A stretch of DNA of 64,000 nt from Candidatus Hydrogenedentota bacterium (GCA_963668025.2 CAXXTH010000012.1:128001-192000), one strand, 5' to 3'; positions 20,415 through 30,639 are shown, counted from the stretch's first letter. Numbers and translations are program-made. Notes: a model not told the origin generated them from the letters alone.

Positions 20415-22444
20415 TATTGGCAATTCCCAGAAAATGTCTTCACCCAGCGCGTTCCCTTCAAGGCTGCCGCGGACAGCGCCCGGTCGCCAAGCCGGTCTTC
20501 GATATATGAAGCCACCCTTTTTTCCTGGCTTTTATACCCTTGCCTTAAAAACGTCATGCTGAAACGCCATTGATCAACTGGGCACGCCAGTTTGATGACG
20601 ATGCGTTTAGGAGCGTCTTGCCATTCGACAATACAGGAATGGTCCATGGGAAACCATGAACCGGTCGATTCCGAGCGAATGCACTCGACGCCATTGATCC
20701 AAACGGCCATGGGCACGGTCACGCCCATGACAAGCTGGGCCTTCAAAGGCTCCGACGCGGCCACCTCGCGCACAAAGTAATACACCGCTTCACCCGTAAA
20801 GCTCCCGACATGCTGGGCGTCTACAATGCTCTCGCCGAGTTCGAGCAGCATGGGGCACTCATCTGGAAGGTCTTCCACGAGCAGGCGCTCTTCATCCAGA
20901 TAGGGCCGGTCCAGCCGCACGTGGTTGTGGAAACAGGAATAGAATCCGCCCTCCGTCTGTCCAGGATGGCATGCGAAGCCATCATGGCGGAATAAACAAT
21001 ACTCGTCCTTCTTGGTATCATAGATATCCCAATAAGGGCCATAGACGAGCCATTGGCGCGCCCCGGCGAGTCCGAATACATGTTCCAGCGCTGGCGCGCC
21101 ATCCACCCGCCAGGAAGCCGACACCAAATTCCTGTCCCACATCGTGGGCGAATTCTCCGAACGGCAAACCGAGAATGTGAGCCGCTGGGAACTGTTTGGC
21201 CGAACCGACACCTGCGCCGATTCAGGGGATATGCTTAGGCCGTTCACTGGTTCGAGTTGGAGGTGGCCCCGGGCGATATCATTGCCCGTATTCCTCAAGA
21301 TCAGGCTGACACGCGCCTCTTGCGCCACGTGCAGGATCGGTTCCTGCTCATACTCGACTTCCATCGCGATGGAAGGCGATGGCTTCCGGCCCGCTTGGCG
21401 CGCCGTCACTTCTTTCGCTATATCGTCCGGCACGCCGGTGATTTCCACGGCCTTATTGCGCGCCCACGCCATCTCGATTCCGAGCTTGCAAGTATCCAAC
21501 GCGAAATCGCTAATCAACACATCCTTGTGGCGCACATCGAGCCCGCAGTTCAACTTTTTCCCCAACTGCTCGCACCAATCCTTCGGGAGATTCGAGCCGC
21601 CTTGGATAGCGCCTAAAAGCGCGCCCGCCGTGGCTGCCGTGCAGTCCACATCCCACCCGCAATTGATGGCCAGCGTGAGCGCGCGTTTGAAATCACCCTG
21701 GCACGCGATCAGCGACAAATAGGTAAAGGAAAAATTAATGACGCCTTTCGAGCAATCCCGATGCCCATACATGCGCACCAAAAAGCGCCAGATTTTGCGC
21801 CAGTCTTCCCCATCTGCAAAGGCTTCCGCCACTTCATCCATGACGCGATGCAGGATGCTCTCGGACGGCAATGCGGCGCGCCCAGCCGCCAACGCGTGTT
21901 CGAGCGATCTGGACGAGAGCGCCACCGCCATGGCGGCCGCCCAGAATTGCTCCGCGTAAATCGACTCGCCGATATGATCCAGCTCGCCGTCCATTCGCGC
22001 GAAGCCTGCGGCCAATTCGGGATTGCCCGGGGCGGCGCATCCCCAGATTTCCGCACGAATGGGGCATCCCATGGACTCGCAGAAAAACGTATTGTTGAAG
22101 CGTCCGGACAGCGGGGGATCTATCCCGCGCTCTACGTTGTGTAGAAAGTAGCCATATTCGGAGAAATTATACGCGCAACGATCTTGCCAGAGCTCAACCA
22201 AGTCTTGTTGGGAAAACCACGGCCCGCGCTCTTCTAGCATTTCCAGCCAAACCACCTGTATATCCAGATCGTCATTGGGAATAATCGTATCCGGCCAGAG
22301 CGTCTCCGTCTTCTCGCTGCCGAGAGTTTTATGCCCCTCGAATCGCGCACCTACGGTGCCCCCTATAAATTTCCCAAGCCAAGCACCAAGCACACCCTCT
22401 AAGTAGGCATCAAAAGAGAGATGAGTAGACTGTTCATTCGCCAT
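20414..22444 (-). CDS. ADP-ribosylglycohydrolase-family protein with C-terminal beta-domains
   Basis: GAWLGKFIGGTVGARFEG, NDDLD, MGCPIRAE and GWDVDCTAATAGALLG motifs; no signal peptide. Confidence 0.85.
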   Translation of the reverse strand: MANEQSTHLSFDAYLEGVLGAWLGKFIGGTVGARFEGHKTLGSEKTETLWPDTIIPNDDLDIQVVWLEMLEERGPWFSQQDLVELWQDRCAYNFSEYGYFLHNVERGIDPPLSGRFNNTFFCESMGCPIRAEIWGCAAPGNPELAAGFARMDGELDHIGESIYAEQFWAAAMAVALSSRSLEHALAAGRAALPSESILHRVMDEVAEAFADGEDWRKIWRFLVRMYGHRDCSKGVINFSFTYLSLIACQGDFKRALTLAINCGWDVDCTAATAGALLGAIQGGSNLPKDWCEQLGKKLNCGLDVRHKDVLISDFALDTCKLGIEMAWARNKAVEITGVPDDIAKEVTARQAGRKPSPSIAMEVEYEQEPILHVAQEARVSLILRNTGNDIARGHLQLEPVNGLSISPESAQVSVRPNSSQRLTFSVCRSENSPTMWDRNLVSASWRVDGAPALEHVFGLAGARQWLVYGPYWDIYDTKKDEYCLFRHDGFACHPGQTEGGFYSCFHNHVRLDRPYLDEERLLVEDLPDECPMLLELGESIVDAQHVGSFTGEAVYYFVREVAASEPLKAQLVMGVTVPMAVWINGVECIRSESTGSWFPMDHSCIVEWQDAPKRIVIKLACPVDQWRFSMTFLRQGYKSQEKRVASYIEDRLGDRALSAAALKGTRWVKTFSGNCQ

Positions 22445-22496
22445 TTTTAAACTCCGGCTATTGTGTTTTTCCTATACCGCATCGGTCGTGCGGTGT

Positions 22497-22519
22497 CTGT
22501 ATCTGTACACACTATAGCA
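22497..22519 (-). promoter_or_regulatory. Extended -10 promoter (TGcTATAGT) for the ARH/GH99 operon, with candidate operator over the start site
   Basis: Minus-strand TGCTATAGT at 22511-22519 and CTGTATCTGTACA at 22497-22509. Confidence 0.45.
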
Positions 22520-22538
22520 AGCTGATTGGGAATTTGCG

Positions 22539-22567
22539 TTGACATTAGACCCAATTTGTAGCATAAT
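22539..22567 (+). promoter_or_regulatory. Sigma70-type promoter for the AraC gene
   Basis: TTGACA-17 bp-CATAAT, ending 6 nt before the ATG at 22574. Confidence 0.7.
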
Positions 22568-22573
22568 AGACCC

Positions 22574-23482
22574 ATGATCCCGCGCTACCTGTATAGAGAT
22601 TATTGCCCGGAGGCCACCTTCCGCTTTCATCTTTTCTACGGCCGTTTTGGCGCTTCCCCGGTGTATGAACTGCATACCCATGAATTCGGCGAGCTGGTGC
22701 TTGTCAGGCGGGGATACTGCAATCATATGTATGAAGAGACCAAATATCCGTTGGTGGCGGGTGACATTTTTTACGTGAAGCCCGACGAAGCGCATGGGTA
22801 CCTGGATTTATCGCCCGATTTTTCCTACTGCAATATCATCTTTGATCCCGCTCAATTCTTAGAATCCTATCCGGAATTGCTCGGAATACCAGGATACCAT
22901 GCGCTATTTCATGTCGAGCCTTTACTTAGAGTGGACCACAGATTCACGAGCAAACTGCATTTAGAAGGAGAGCTGCTTCGGCAGACGTTTGAATTCATCG
23001 AGGCGCTCAAAAAAGAATATGAAGAAAACCAAGCCGGAATGAAGACGCTTATACAATGCATTCTGGTCCAGCTTGTCGTTTCGCTTGCCCGCCAGATTTC
23101 CCAGCCGCAATCCGCCGCCCGGCATACTGTCCTTCGCCTCTCGCAGGCCATTTCATTCATCGAGCTGAACTATGCGGAACCGATTGTGCTTCAAGACATT
23201 GTCGATGCGGCGTGCATGTCAAAAAGCAGCCTGATACGATGGTTCCAGCAGTGTTACAAAACGTCCCCGCTTCGGTATTTACGCGACCATCGCCTGAAGA
23301 AGGCTTCCATTCTGCTCAAAGAAACCAAAGATTCAATCACGGACATCGCCCTCGCCGTAGGATTTTCCGACTCCAATTACTTCGGACGCGCCTTTCAACA
23401 GTTGTTCAATATGAGCCCCCGTGAATACCGCCGCGAGATACATGAAAAAAACAGCGAAGAGAGCCTGCCGGTGCAACCGTGA
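22574..23482 (+). CDS. AraC/XylS-family regulator, RhaR/RhaS-like (cupin + HTH)
   Basis: LHTHEFGELV cupin and C-terminal ITDIALAVGFSDSNYFGRAF...SPREYR. Confidence 0.93.
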   Translation: MIPRYLYRDYCPEATFRFHLFYGRFGASPVYELHTHEFGELVLVRRGYCNHMYEETKYPLVAGDIFYVKPDEAHGYLDLSPDFSYCNIIFDPAQFLESYPELLGIPGYHALFHVEPLLRVDHRFTSKLHLEGELLRQTFEFIEALKKEYEENQAGMKTLIQCILVQLVVSLARQISQPQSAARHTVLRLSQAISFIELNYAEPIVLQDIVDAACMSKSSLIRWFQQCYKTSPLRYLRDHRLKKASILLKETKDSITDIALAVGFSDSNYFGRAFQQLFNMSPREYRREIHEKNSEESLPVQP

Positions 23483-23516
23483 CAGGCTCTCTCTCGCAGT
23501 CCCGAATGGTATAGGT

Positions 23517-25517
23517 TTACCGCGCGATTTTACGCCGCGCACCGAATGCTAAGCCTGCACCCAGCAATATCAAACCAGCAACGCCCATGACGGGAAGCGC
23601 AACCGTGGAATCCGGATCCAAGGGATCGCTTCCACTCGACACTTCCAAACCGTCGTTGTAGCTGTCGCCATCCGTATCTTCCAGAAGCGGATCGGTGCCG
23701 TACGTGTTCACTTCATCGCCATCCGACAGATCATCTCCATCGGTGTCCGCGACATTCGGATCCGTTCCGATAGTTTCTTCTTCCGAATCCGAGAGGCCAT
23801 CGCCATCCGTGTCGGTCTCAGCGCCCATCAGCGCGCTTTCATCAGCGCCAATGTCATTCACTGTATTGCCCAGCGGGCGCGAATCGCCATCCACGTCAAT
23901 GGTGAGCGTCGAACCAGTGGCCGCACCCAGCGCGGGAGAGGCGGCGTCACTGATATGGCCATCATCCGTCAACATCGGATCCAGATGAATCGTGTCTGCT
24001 GGCAAGCTCGAACCCTCGCCCGTAATGCCGGAGAACTCTTCATCATACGAAATATTGTGCGCGCCCGTGACGGCTCCGAGCAGGAAAATACCGAACTGCG
24101 CATCGCCGGAGCAATCCACGATGCTGTTATTCATCGTGAACGAACCAGCGGGATCACCCAGCGTGTACGTATGGAAATACGCGCCCGCATCCGCGATGAT
24201 CGTGCAATGGTTCAAATCAATTATGGAACCAGCGCCAGCGCCTTGGTCCGACGCCTCCAGATTGATCAACACGCGGTCGAAAATGGTGTTCGTGGCAGTC
24301 AGCTTGAAGGGATATTCCGTATGCACATCCGCCATGGCGCTATCAATACGCGCCGTGCCCGACAACACGCAACGGTCGAGGATCAGATTCGGCCCCACGC
24401 CATCGGAAGCCGTCGGTTCACGCACCAACTGATTACCGTTCCAGTCCATATTCTCGAGTGTCAGATAGCCGTCAATCAGCTCAAACGCTTGAAAACTGGT
24501 CGTCCCAGCATTCAAGGAGCCATTCTTGATGGTCACGTGCTCATCATTTGAAACATCGATGAGGACATCCCAGCCGCGCACGAATGTGCAGCCATCAAAT
24601 GTCACATCCGTCGTAGCGCCCGTTCCGCCCAAATGGCGCGAGATCAAGCGGCTCCGCAAATCTTCAAACGCGCAGCCATTAAAGATCGCTTTACCGTGCA
24701 ATCTGGGGCCCCAGCTACCTGTGATGGTGCAATTATTGAATTCACTGCGAAGCGCAGGCTCATCGCCAGGCGCCACCCGGTTTTCCACCCAAGGCTTCAC
24801 ATCCTGCCCATTGAATACGCAGTTATTATAGGTCTGATAGCCATTCGTCGAGTTGCCATAATTGATCATGCAACTCAGCCCATTGACGGCATAATTGAAA
24901 TAGCAGTTATTGAAGATTTCACCACCGCTGCTCGGGCCAAATTCCGCCACGGATTCATCGCCAACAGCGGATGTGCCCACAAACTCCACATTCTCGACCA
25001 CCAAGCCAGCGTTGGCCTCCGCATGAATGCATCGTCCCCATTGGGTAGGCGCCGCTTCGAGAATCATCCGGTTCGCCGCACTCTCGCCACGCAACGTCAG
25101 TGAAGCATTCGCATTCGACTCATTATCCCCTTCATACCGGACGCCCAGTACGACAGGAGCCCTTCCTTCATTATCATCCGCGTCCAGCGTCCGCGCATGC
25201 GTCGCGATGGCCGGCGTGACTCCAGCCGCCGCTTCGATTACGATGCCGGGCTGCGTCACATACACATCGCCCTCATAACGCCCCGTCTCTTGAATGGTCA
25301 CGGTGGTGCTTGGGCCATTCGTATCACTATCGTTCACCGCGCGCAGCGCCCGCTCCAGTGCGTCTGTTCCCGCGAAATGCGCCGTGCCCGTGCCCGCGAA
25401 ATCTCCGCTGTCCGCGCCACTGAGATTCACTGTGATGCTCCCAGCAAAAGCAGACCCCGTTGACAACGCCATCAGCACGCATCCAATTACAGAGATACAT
25501 CTTGTTGGCCATTTCAT
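23517..25517 (-). CDS. Secreted beta-helix-like surface protein with DxDxDG repeats and C-terminal LPVMG-TM-RRK anchor
   Basis: Signal peptide, repeated (F/Y)NNCxF beta-helix-like motifs, SPALG...DVDGDSRP...DIGADE, DTDGDGLSD.EE...GTDP repeats and LPVMGVAGLILLGAGLAFGARRKIAR. Confidence 0.75.
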   Translation of the reverse strand: MKWPTRCISVIGCVLMALSTGSAFAGSITVNLSGADSGDFAGTGTAHFAGTDALERALRAVNDSDTNGPSTTVTIQETGRYEGDVYVTQPGIVIEAAAGVTPAIATHARTLDADDNEGRAPVVLGVRYEGDNESNANASLTLRGESAANRMILEAAPTQWGRCIHAEANAGLVVENVEFVGTSAVGDESVAEFGPSSGGEIFNNCYFNYAVNGLSCMINYGNSTNGYQTYNNCVFNGQDVKPWVENRVAPGDEPALRSEFNNCTITGSWGPRLHGKAIFNGCAFEDLRSRLISRHLGGTGATTDVTFDGCTFVRGWDVLIDVSNDEHVTIKNGSLNAGTTSFQAFELIDGYLTLENMDWNGNQLVREPTASDGVGPNLILDRCVLSGTARIDSAMADVHTEYPFKLTATNTIFDRVLINLEASDQGAGAGSIIDLNHCTIIADAGAYFHTYTLGDPAGSFTMNNSIVDCSGDAQFGIFLLGAVTGAHNISYDEEFSGITGEGSSLPADTIHLDPMLTDDGHISDAASPALGAATGSTLTIDVDGDSRPLGNTVNDIGADESALMGAETDTDGDGLSDSEEETIGTDPNVADTDGDDLSDGDEVNTYGTDPLLEDTDGDSYNDGLEVSSGSDPLDPDSTVALPVMGVAGLILLGAGLAFGARRKIAR

Positions 25518-25780
25518 GCCTTGGGTCCTCCTGTCCTCATTTGTAGCCTCGCTCTTGGCCGGACGCCATTATCCGGCTCTCGATACTGAGGTTATCAGAA
25601 GAAGTGGAAATCTACCTTCACAAACACGCCAGAAAATCGCACACAATTCTCATTTTCGGTTTTATGCCCCGATTGCCTCATTCCACCTCCAAGCTTGCCC
25701 CTGCTTTTCCACATCAAACAGCAGGCGTCCTTTTTAGTTAACCGGAACAGAGAGCTCATACAATTTATAGCGCCAATAAC

Positions 25781-25793
25781 TATTACTGTAATA
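25781..25793. promoter_or_regulatory. Palindrome TATTAC-T-GTAATA next to a minus-strand TTGACA
   Basis: Perfect 6-bp arms upstream of the surface-protein gene; no matching -10 at canonical spacing. Confidence 0.3.
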
Positions 25794-25807
25794 TGTCAAC
25801 TCTTAGG

Positions 25808-27406
25808 CTATGCACCAGAGGCATCCTGCGTGAACTTCGCGGGAGCCATATCCCAGGCCTGAAGAGATTTGATCACCGCATCTCCCCCTTTAGCGCAAGC
25901 CTTGGCCAACAGCGCCTGCGTACTTTCCGGATATACCATTTGCGTAATACATTGGCGATCATTGGCGAACACTTCTAGCATAGGCTTATCCAAAAACACC
26001 CGCAGTTTCAACGGTTCACCCGGCGCAAGCGCCAGCGGCGCTTCCACCACATAGACCGGTTTCTCGTTCACCGATTGCTCGTTCGCGTTGTATCCGGTAA
26101 AAATGGTCTCGCCATAAAATACATCCGTGCGCAATGTCGAATGCGTCACATCTACTTTAAGTTTCTGCGCCTCCGCGTCATACCAGATCGCCGTTCCTTC
26201 TTTGCCATCCGGCGAACAGCGCACCATGAGGCCCGCCTGTTTCGCACCATTGAGTTCTATCTCCACATCAATCTCCAGGCAATCGCCTTGAACACGGTCC
26301 AGGGTGATTTCCGAGCCTGCTGGAACTGGAAGGTTTTCCATTTGGCGCACGTTACGGCGCAATGTTTCCAGCTCTGGCGCAGGCGTAATATGCACGCCCC
26401 CATCCTTATCTAGAGATAACACGCGGGGAAGGCTTTGAAATCCCGAACCTGTTTTCACCTGGGATGGGCGGATGCGCGGATCGGACACCCAAGCCCAGAA
26501 GATCCGCCGTCCCTTGTCATCCTGCAAGCTCTCGGGAGCGAAAAATTGGCCGCCTGGCCAGTTCATGCGAATATGCTGCTCCGGGTAAAACTTCTCATTC
26601 TCGTACCGCCCGATATAACAGCGCGCCCCCATCTTGTGGCTGATGCACATCAAGCCCCATTTATCATCGCCCAGTTTGAAGAAATCCGGACACGAGCAGT
26701 CTTCGCCATCGACCGTCCAAGTGAGATCCGGATGCTCGTAGAAGGAGTGCAGCGGCGTCCAGTTGACCAGGTCCGCCGATTTGAGCAGATAGAGCGTATC
26801 TTTTTTGTTCGGCAGCGAATTGCCCCCGAGCAGGCAGTAATACGTGTCGCCTTCGAACCACATATAGGGATCCCATACCCCATACACGCCCCATCCCGGA
26901 CTGCCTTCTTTTGTAATGGGAATGACTGGATTTTTCGGATGCTTTTTCCATTGGATCAGATCATCATCTTGCGCCGTGGCCACGCATACGCCCGCGTCGA
27001 TGCCAAACCAGCAAAGCATGGGCGCGCCTTCCTTATTAATAAAGGCATTCCCGCTGAAAATGCCCGTATCGGGATCACCGGCTGCCGGGACCAATGACGG
27101 CGCATGATAGGTCCAATCCACTAAGTTCGTACTCGATAGGTGCCGCCAGCTATGCCCATAGTCAGGAAGCTTCTCATCCTGATAGATGTACATCAGGTGA
27201 TATTTGCCCTTCCAAAAAATACAGCCATTGGTGTCACACGGACACACCACCCCCTGCACGCCTTCTCCCGGCATCGGTCCAATATGATACACAGGCCATT
27301 CTGCATTTCTTGCCATCGTTTGCCCTTCCTGCTCTTCGGCTGATGCACCCGGTGAGGCGTAACAAAACGCCATCGCTGCCGCCATAATGAATGAGAGTTG
27401 CCGCAT
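25808..27406 (-). CDS. Secreted GH32-family protein
   Basis: Start MRQLSF with signal peptide. CDTNG (for NDPNG), YHLMY, FSGNA, WDP, CSCPDFF, FFAPES, RRIFWAW, SLPRVL and LEVFAND motifs. Confidence 0.88.
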   Translation of the reverse strand: MRQLSFIMAAAMAFCYASPGASAEEQEGQTMARNAEWPVYHIGPMPGEGVQGVVCPCDTNGCIFWKGKYHLMYIYQDEKLPDYGHSWRHLSSTNLVDWTYHAPSLVPAAGDPDTGIFSGNAFINKEGAPMLCWFGIDAGVCVATAQDDDLIQWKKHPKNPVIPITKEGSPGWGVYGVWDPYMWFEGDTYYCLLGGNSLPNKKDTLYLLKSADLVNWTPLHSFYEHPDLTWTVDGEDCSCPDFFKLGDDKWGLMCISHKMGARCYIGRYENEKFYPEQHIRMNWPGGQFFAPESLQDDKGRRIFWAWVSDPRIRPSQVKTGSGFQSLPRVLSLDKDGGVHITPAPELETLRRNVRQMENLPVPAGSEITLDRVQGDCLEIDVEIELNGAKQAGLMVRCSPDGKEGTAIWYDAEAQKLKVDVTHSTLRTDVFYGETIFTGYNANEQSVNEKPVYVVEAPLALAPGEPLKLRVFLDKPMLEVFANDRQCITQMVYPESTQALLAKACAKGGDAVIKSLQAWDMAPAKFTQDASGA

Positions 27407-27660
27407 CGTTCCTGTTCCTTCCCCAAAATGCCCAGCTATATACGATAAACACGTTTCGTAGCATAGAATAAAGCTTAGCATTAGTCATTCCGGCCCGCAC
27501 GAATAGATTGCGCAAAAATTCGTACAGGATCTTCATATTTCTTGCAAAGAAGCATAAAGGCGAAAATGGGAAGCTTTGTTCCGGGCAAGAGACATGGGAA
27601 AACTACGGATGGAATAAGTAACATGCCATCCTTTCACCAAATCGCCCAATGAGAAAGAAC

Positions 27661-27697
27661 GAAAGAACAAATCATATGACATAGTTTACGTAAGAAG
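27661..27697. repeat. 37-bp direct repeat, copy 1
   Basis: GAAAGAACAAATCATATGACATAGTTTACGTAAGAAG; 32/37 identical to 30584-30620. Confidence 0.8.
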
Positions 27698-27793
27698 TTA
27701 TGTAGGATATTATAGAGTATAGCTCTGATATTACTGCTCCTGGAAGAATATATCATGTGTACGTATTGAAGAAATAACGTAAAACCGCCTACC

Positions 27794-27859
27794 TGTCATC
27801 TCCGCGAACGCGGGGATCCAGAGAATTTGCACTGGATTCCCGCTTTCGCGGGAATGACA
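27794..27859. repeat. REP/dRS3-like inverted-repeat element
   Basis: TGTCATCTCCGCGAACGCGGGGATCCAG-10 nt-CTGGATTCCCGCTTTCGCGGGAATGACA; each arm is itself a hairpin. Confidence 0.85.
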
Positions 27860-28069
27860 ACGGGGTAGTTTACGGGATTTTATAGAACGGATGCTATTAG
27901 TCGGTGGGGGAAATCCACCGTATTATGGTTCATCCGCACGCCCAAGAACGGCTCCAATAAGCTGCGGCTATCCCTCGGCAAGGCGAATGGAGCGGTAATA
28001 ACAGAGCTGCACCCCCAAAAAAAATCTCGAACCGCTTATTCGCACATTCGAGCATATAGAAACGTGGAT

Positions 28070-28109
28070 CTCTGCGATACTTTGCGTTCTCCCGCGCCTC
28101 TGCGATGAA
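28070..28109. repeat. Short-period CTCTGCG tandem element
   Basis: CTCTGCGATA CTTTGCGTT CTCCCGCGC CTCTGCGATGAA: four units of about 9-10 nt. Confidence 0.5.
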
Positions 28110-28186
28110 AATGACTCAACACAACCAAGAAGATAAATCTCCGAGAATGATGTTTTTTAGCCATGCTAACAAGATGAAACAAGATT

Positions 28187-30493
28187 TTACTTCACTAAAC
28201 TCTCATCGACCGCCAATAGGAATCGTGCGGTGTGCTCGCTAAAATCCGGACCCATCTGGGATCGCGATAGCGCAATGACCAGCTCGTTGTCCAGATCCAC
28301 CAGTAAGATCGTTCCTGAACCGGCCCCGTGTCCAATAATGTTTGGACTCAAGATCATCCGGTCATCCGGAATATCGCCTTTGCCTGCATCGGGATGCCGC
28401 TGTGGCATGTGGCCAATACCCAATCCGTAAGCAAATCCCCGGTTCTCGATTTCGGGGAATGCTTCTTCCAGAGGATGGTCCATCAATAACTCGAACGTCT
28501 GGGGCGAGAAAAACTCCAGCTTGCCATAGGAACCGCGATTGCAAAGCAGTTGGCCGATCTTTGCCAAATCCTCGACGGTACACATCGTGCCGTATGACAT
28601 GGCGACGATCGAGGTTTGGCCGCTCATCCCCAATGGACCAAAGAAATTCTCATGAAACAGGCGAAAGATGCTTTTCCCGCTCACGATTTCCATGACTTTT
28701 CCCGCTAAGTCAAAGCTTGTGCCGTTGTAGATCCAAACCTTGCCGGGCCTAAGGTTTTCCACGCCGTTGGCGATGACGTTGTCGAGCCATGGATTATTCA
28801 TGTTGCACCATTCGCTCTCGACATCCAGGCCGGTCGTCATGGTCAAGCAATGATGCAAAGTGACCGCCTTGCCACCCGTCGTGGGAAAGTCCGGCAAATA
28901 TGTCCCGACTGGATCGTCCAATCCGATCAATCCCTGGTCGAGAAACTGGGCGAAAAGCATTCCACTGAGCGATTTTGTGAGTGACGCCAGTGGAAACTGC
29001 GTGTTCACGTCGGTTGGGCGCTCCGTAGTGCTGCCGACCGCTTCATGAATAACAACGACACCTCGGCGGGCAACCAATACCGTCATGGGATCGCCCGTGG
29101 CCTTATACCACTGTTCGCAAGCGTCATGGATGCGCGCGGCGCTATCGGATTTCATTCCGGCTTCTTCTGGCGCGCCTGTTCGTAGAACAATCGCCGGCGC
29201 ACCATCTTTTTTGTGGGGCAATGCAAGACCCGGATATTTATTTTCCACACCCAAAATTTTCCGCTTGAGCGCCAGATGATAATCTTGATCGCGAATATCG
29301 GGGCCATCTAGCTGGACAGGCTCCCGCCCCAATGGTTTGCTCTCCGCCAAGTGAGCCATCAAACGCGCCCCAGAAGGCTCGGTCGACAAAAATTCAAAAA
29401 ACCAGTTGCCCACGGCGGAACCAATCTGCTCACGCTGTTCCACCAGAGCCTCAGGATTGATGGGGCCGTCCGCTGCTAATGGTTGCAGATATGCCACCCA
29501 ATTCTCTTCCCAGGGATGCCAGTTTTGGTTGCGGCAATAGAAAGTCTGCGCACGGCGAACGGTCATGCCATTGGAAGTTTTTCCTTCGATATACGCGGCG
29601 TATCGGCCCGGCTTCTCCGGAGTAGCTACCTCATTGAACCCGGCGTCGAACCAACGGATATTCAGCGGAAACTCACCGAAAACTGATTTCACCTTATCGG
29701 GATTCTCCCAATGAAGTTTCGGAAAACCGCCAACCTCAAACATGTAGTCCCAACGCCCCTCAGGCCGTATTGCGACGTCCTGGAAATCCTTGACGGCTTG
29801 GCTGCGTTCTTGTTGTGCGACGATCTCCGCGGCCTTGTCTGGCGCCATCAGCTCAAATACATATCCCCAGTTGTTGCCGTGGTTTTCATTCTTGATCAAT
29901 ACCCGGTTCAGGCCCTTATTGAGATGGATGGGAAAATTGAAAGTGCGCCCGATGCAATGCCGCCCAAAACCATTCCAGTCACTGTGCAGCCGTTCACCAT
30001 TGATCCAAACCTGGGAGCTGTCCCCCGCCCCTAAGAAACCGTGATAATCCAAATCGCGCTCCGACCATAAATACGCAAACGCATACGCGGCCTCCCCCTT
30101 CATCCCGATGTAATGGTCAAAAAATGAAGTGATATGGTCCGGCCGGGCTTTGCTGCGCATAGTTTTCGCCGTCTGAGGCGCACCGGCTTCGTCAAGAAAC
30201 GAAACCTGTGTCGTGCTAGTGATGACTGCGTTGGTTTCTCCGCCCACTTCGGCCAAGTAATCCTTGCCGTAACCGATGAGCGGTTCATTTCCTGTCATCA
30301 CTTCTCCTTCGGCCGGTTTTGGAAACGGACCCACCAACAACCAGTCACAAACGAAATCATCGCCAGACCCCACAACATGAACCGGCGCTCTGTTCACATC
30401 TGACGGAGGCGCTCCGCTCAGCATCGATATGGATTGGCAACTCATAAATCCCAGACTTGCCACAAGTATCAATATAAGCGGCATGCGATTCAT
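28187..30493 (-). CDS. Serine hydrolase (beta-lactamase class C / family VIII esterase-like), probable lipoprotein
   Basis: Start MNRMPLIL...GFMSC; SxxK motif (ASLTK), PGKVWIYN and IGHG; N-terminal beta-domain (WLLVGPF...LNKGLNRVLIK). Confidence 0.8.
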   Translation of the reverse strand: MNRMPLILILVASLGFMSCQSISMLSGAPPSDVNRAPVHVVGSGDDFVCDWLLVGPFPKPAEGEVMTGNEPLIGYGKDYLAEVGGETNAVITSTTQVSFLDEAGAPQTAKTMRSKARPDHITSFFDHYIGMKGEAAYAFAYLWSERDLDYHGFLGAGDSSQVWINGERLHSDWNGFGRHCIGRTFNFPIHLNKGLNRVLIKNENHGNNWGYVFELMAPDKAAEIVAQQERSQAVKDFQDVAIRPEGRWDYMFEVGGFPKLHWENPDKVKSVFGEFPLNIRWFDAGFNEVATPEKPGRYAAYIEGKTSNGMTVRRAQTFYCRNQNWHPWEENWVAYLQPLAADGPINPEALVEQREQIGSAVGNWFFEFLSTEPSGARLMAHLAESKPLGREPVQLDGPDIRDQDYHLALKRKILGVENKYPGLALPHKKDGAPAIVLRTGAPEEAGMKSDSAARIHDACEQWYKATGDPMTVLVARRGVVVIHEAVGSTTERPTDVNTQFPLASLTKSLSGMLFAQFLDQGLIGLDDPVGTYLPDFPTTGGKAVTLHHCLTMTTGLDVESEWCNMNNPWLDNVIANGVENLRPGKVWIYNGTSFDLAGKVMEIVSGKSIFRLFHENFFGPLGMSGQTSIVAMSYGTMCTVEDLAKIGQLLCNRGSYGKLEFFSPQTFELLMDHPLEEAFPEIENRGFAYGLGIGHMPQRHPDAGKGDIPDDRMILSPNIIGHGAGSGTILLVDLDNELVIALSRSQMGPDFSEHTARFLLAVDESLVK

Positions 30494-30583
30494 TTGTTTT
30501 TCCTCTGTTTCATTTGTTTTGCTTTCAATATGAAAACTCACATTTAGAAAGAAAGAATACAATAGTCGCTCTTGGGTTACATG

Positions 30584-30620
30584 GAAAGAATAAACCATTT
30601 GACATAGTTTACGAAACAAG
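30584..30620. repeat. 37-bp direct repeat, copy 2 (possible duplicated promoter)
   Basis: GAAAGAATAAACCATTTGACATAGTTTACGAAACAAG; the minus strand reads TTCGTA-17-TATTCT. Confidence 0.8.
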
Positions 30621-30639
30621 CGGCGATGAAGGCTATTAT

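Noticed and set aside
28187-30493. Antibiotic-resistance beta-lactamase
   Set aside because: Only the general SxxK fold motifs are present. The extra N-terminal domains and sugar-locus context fit an esterase or amidase better.
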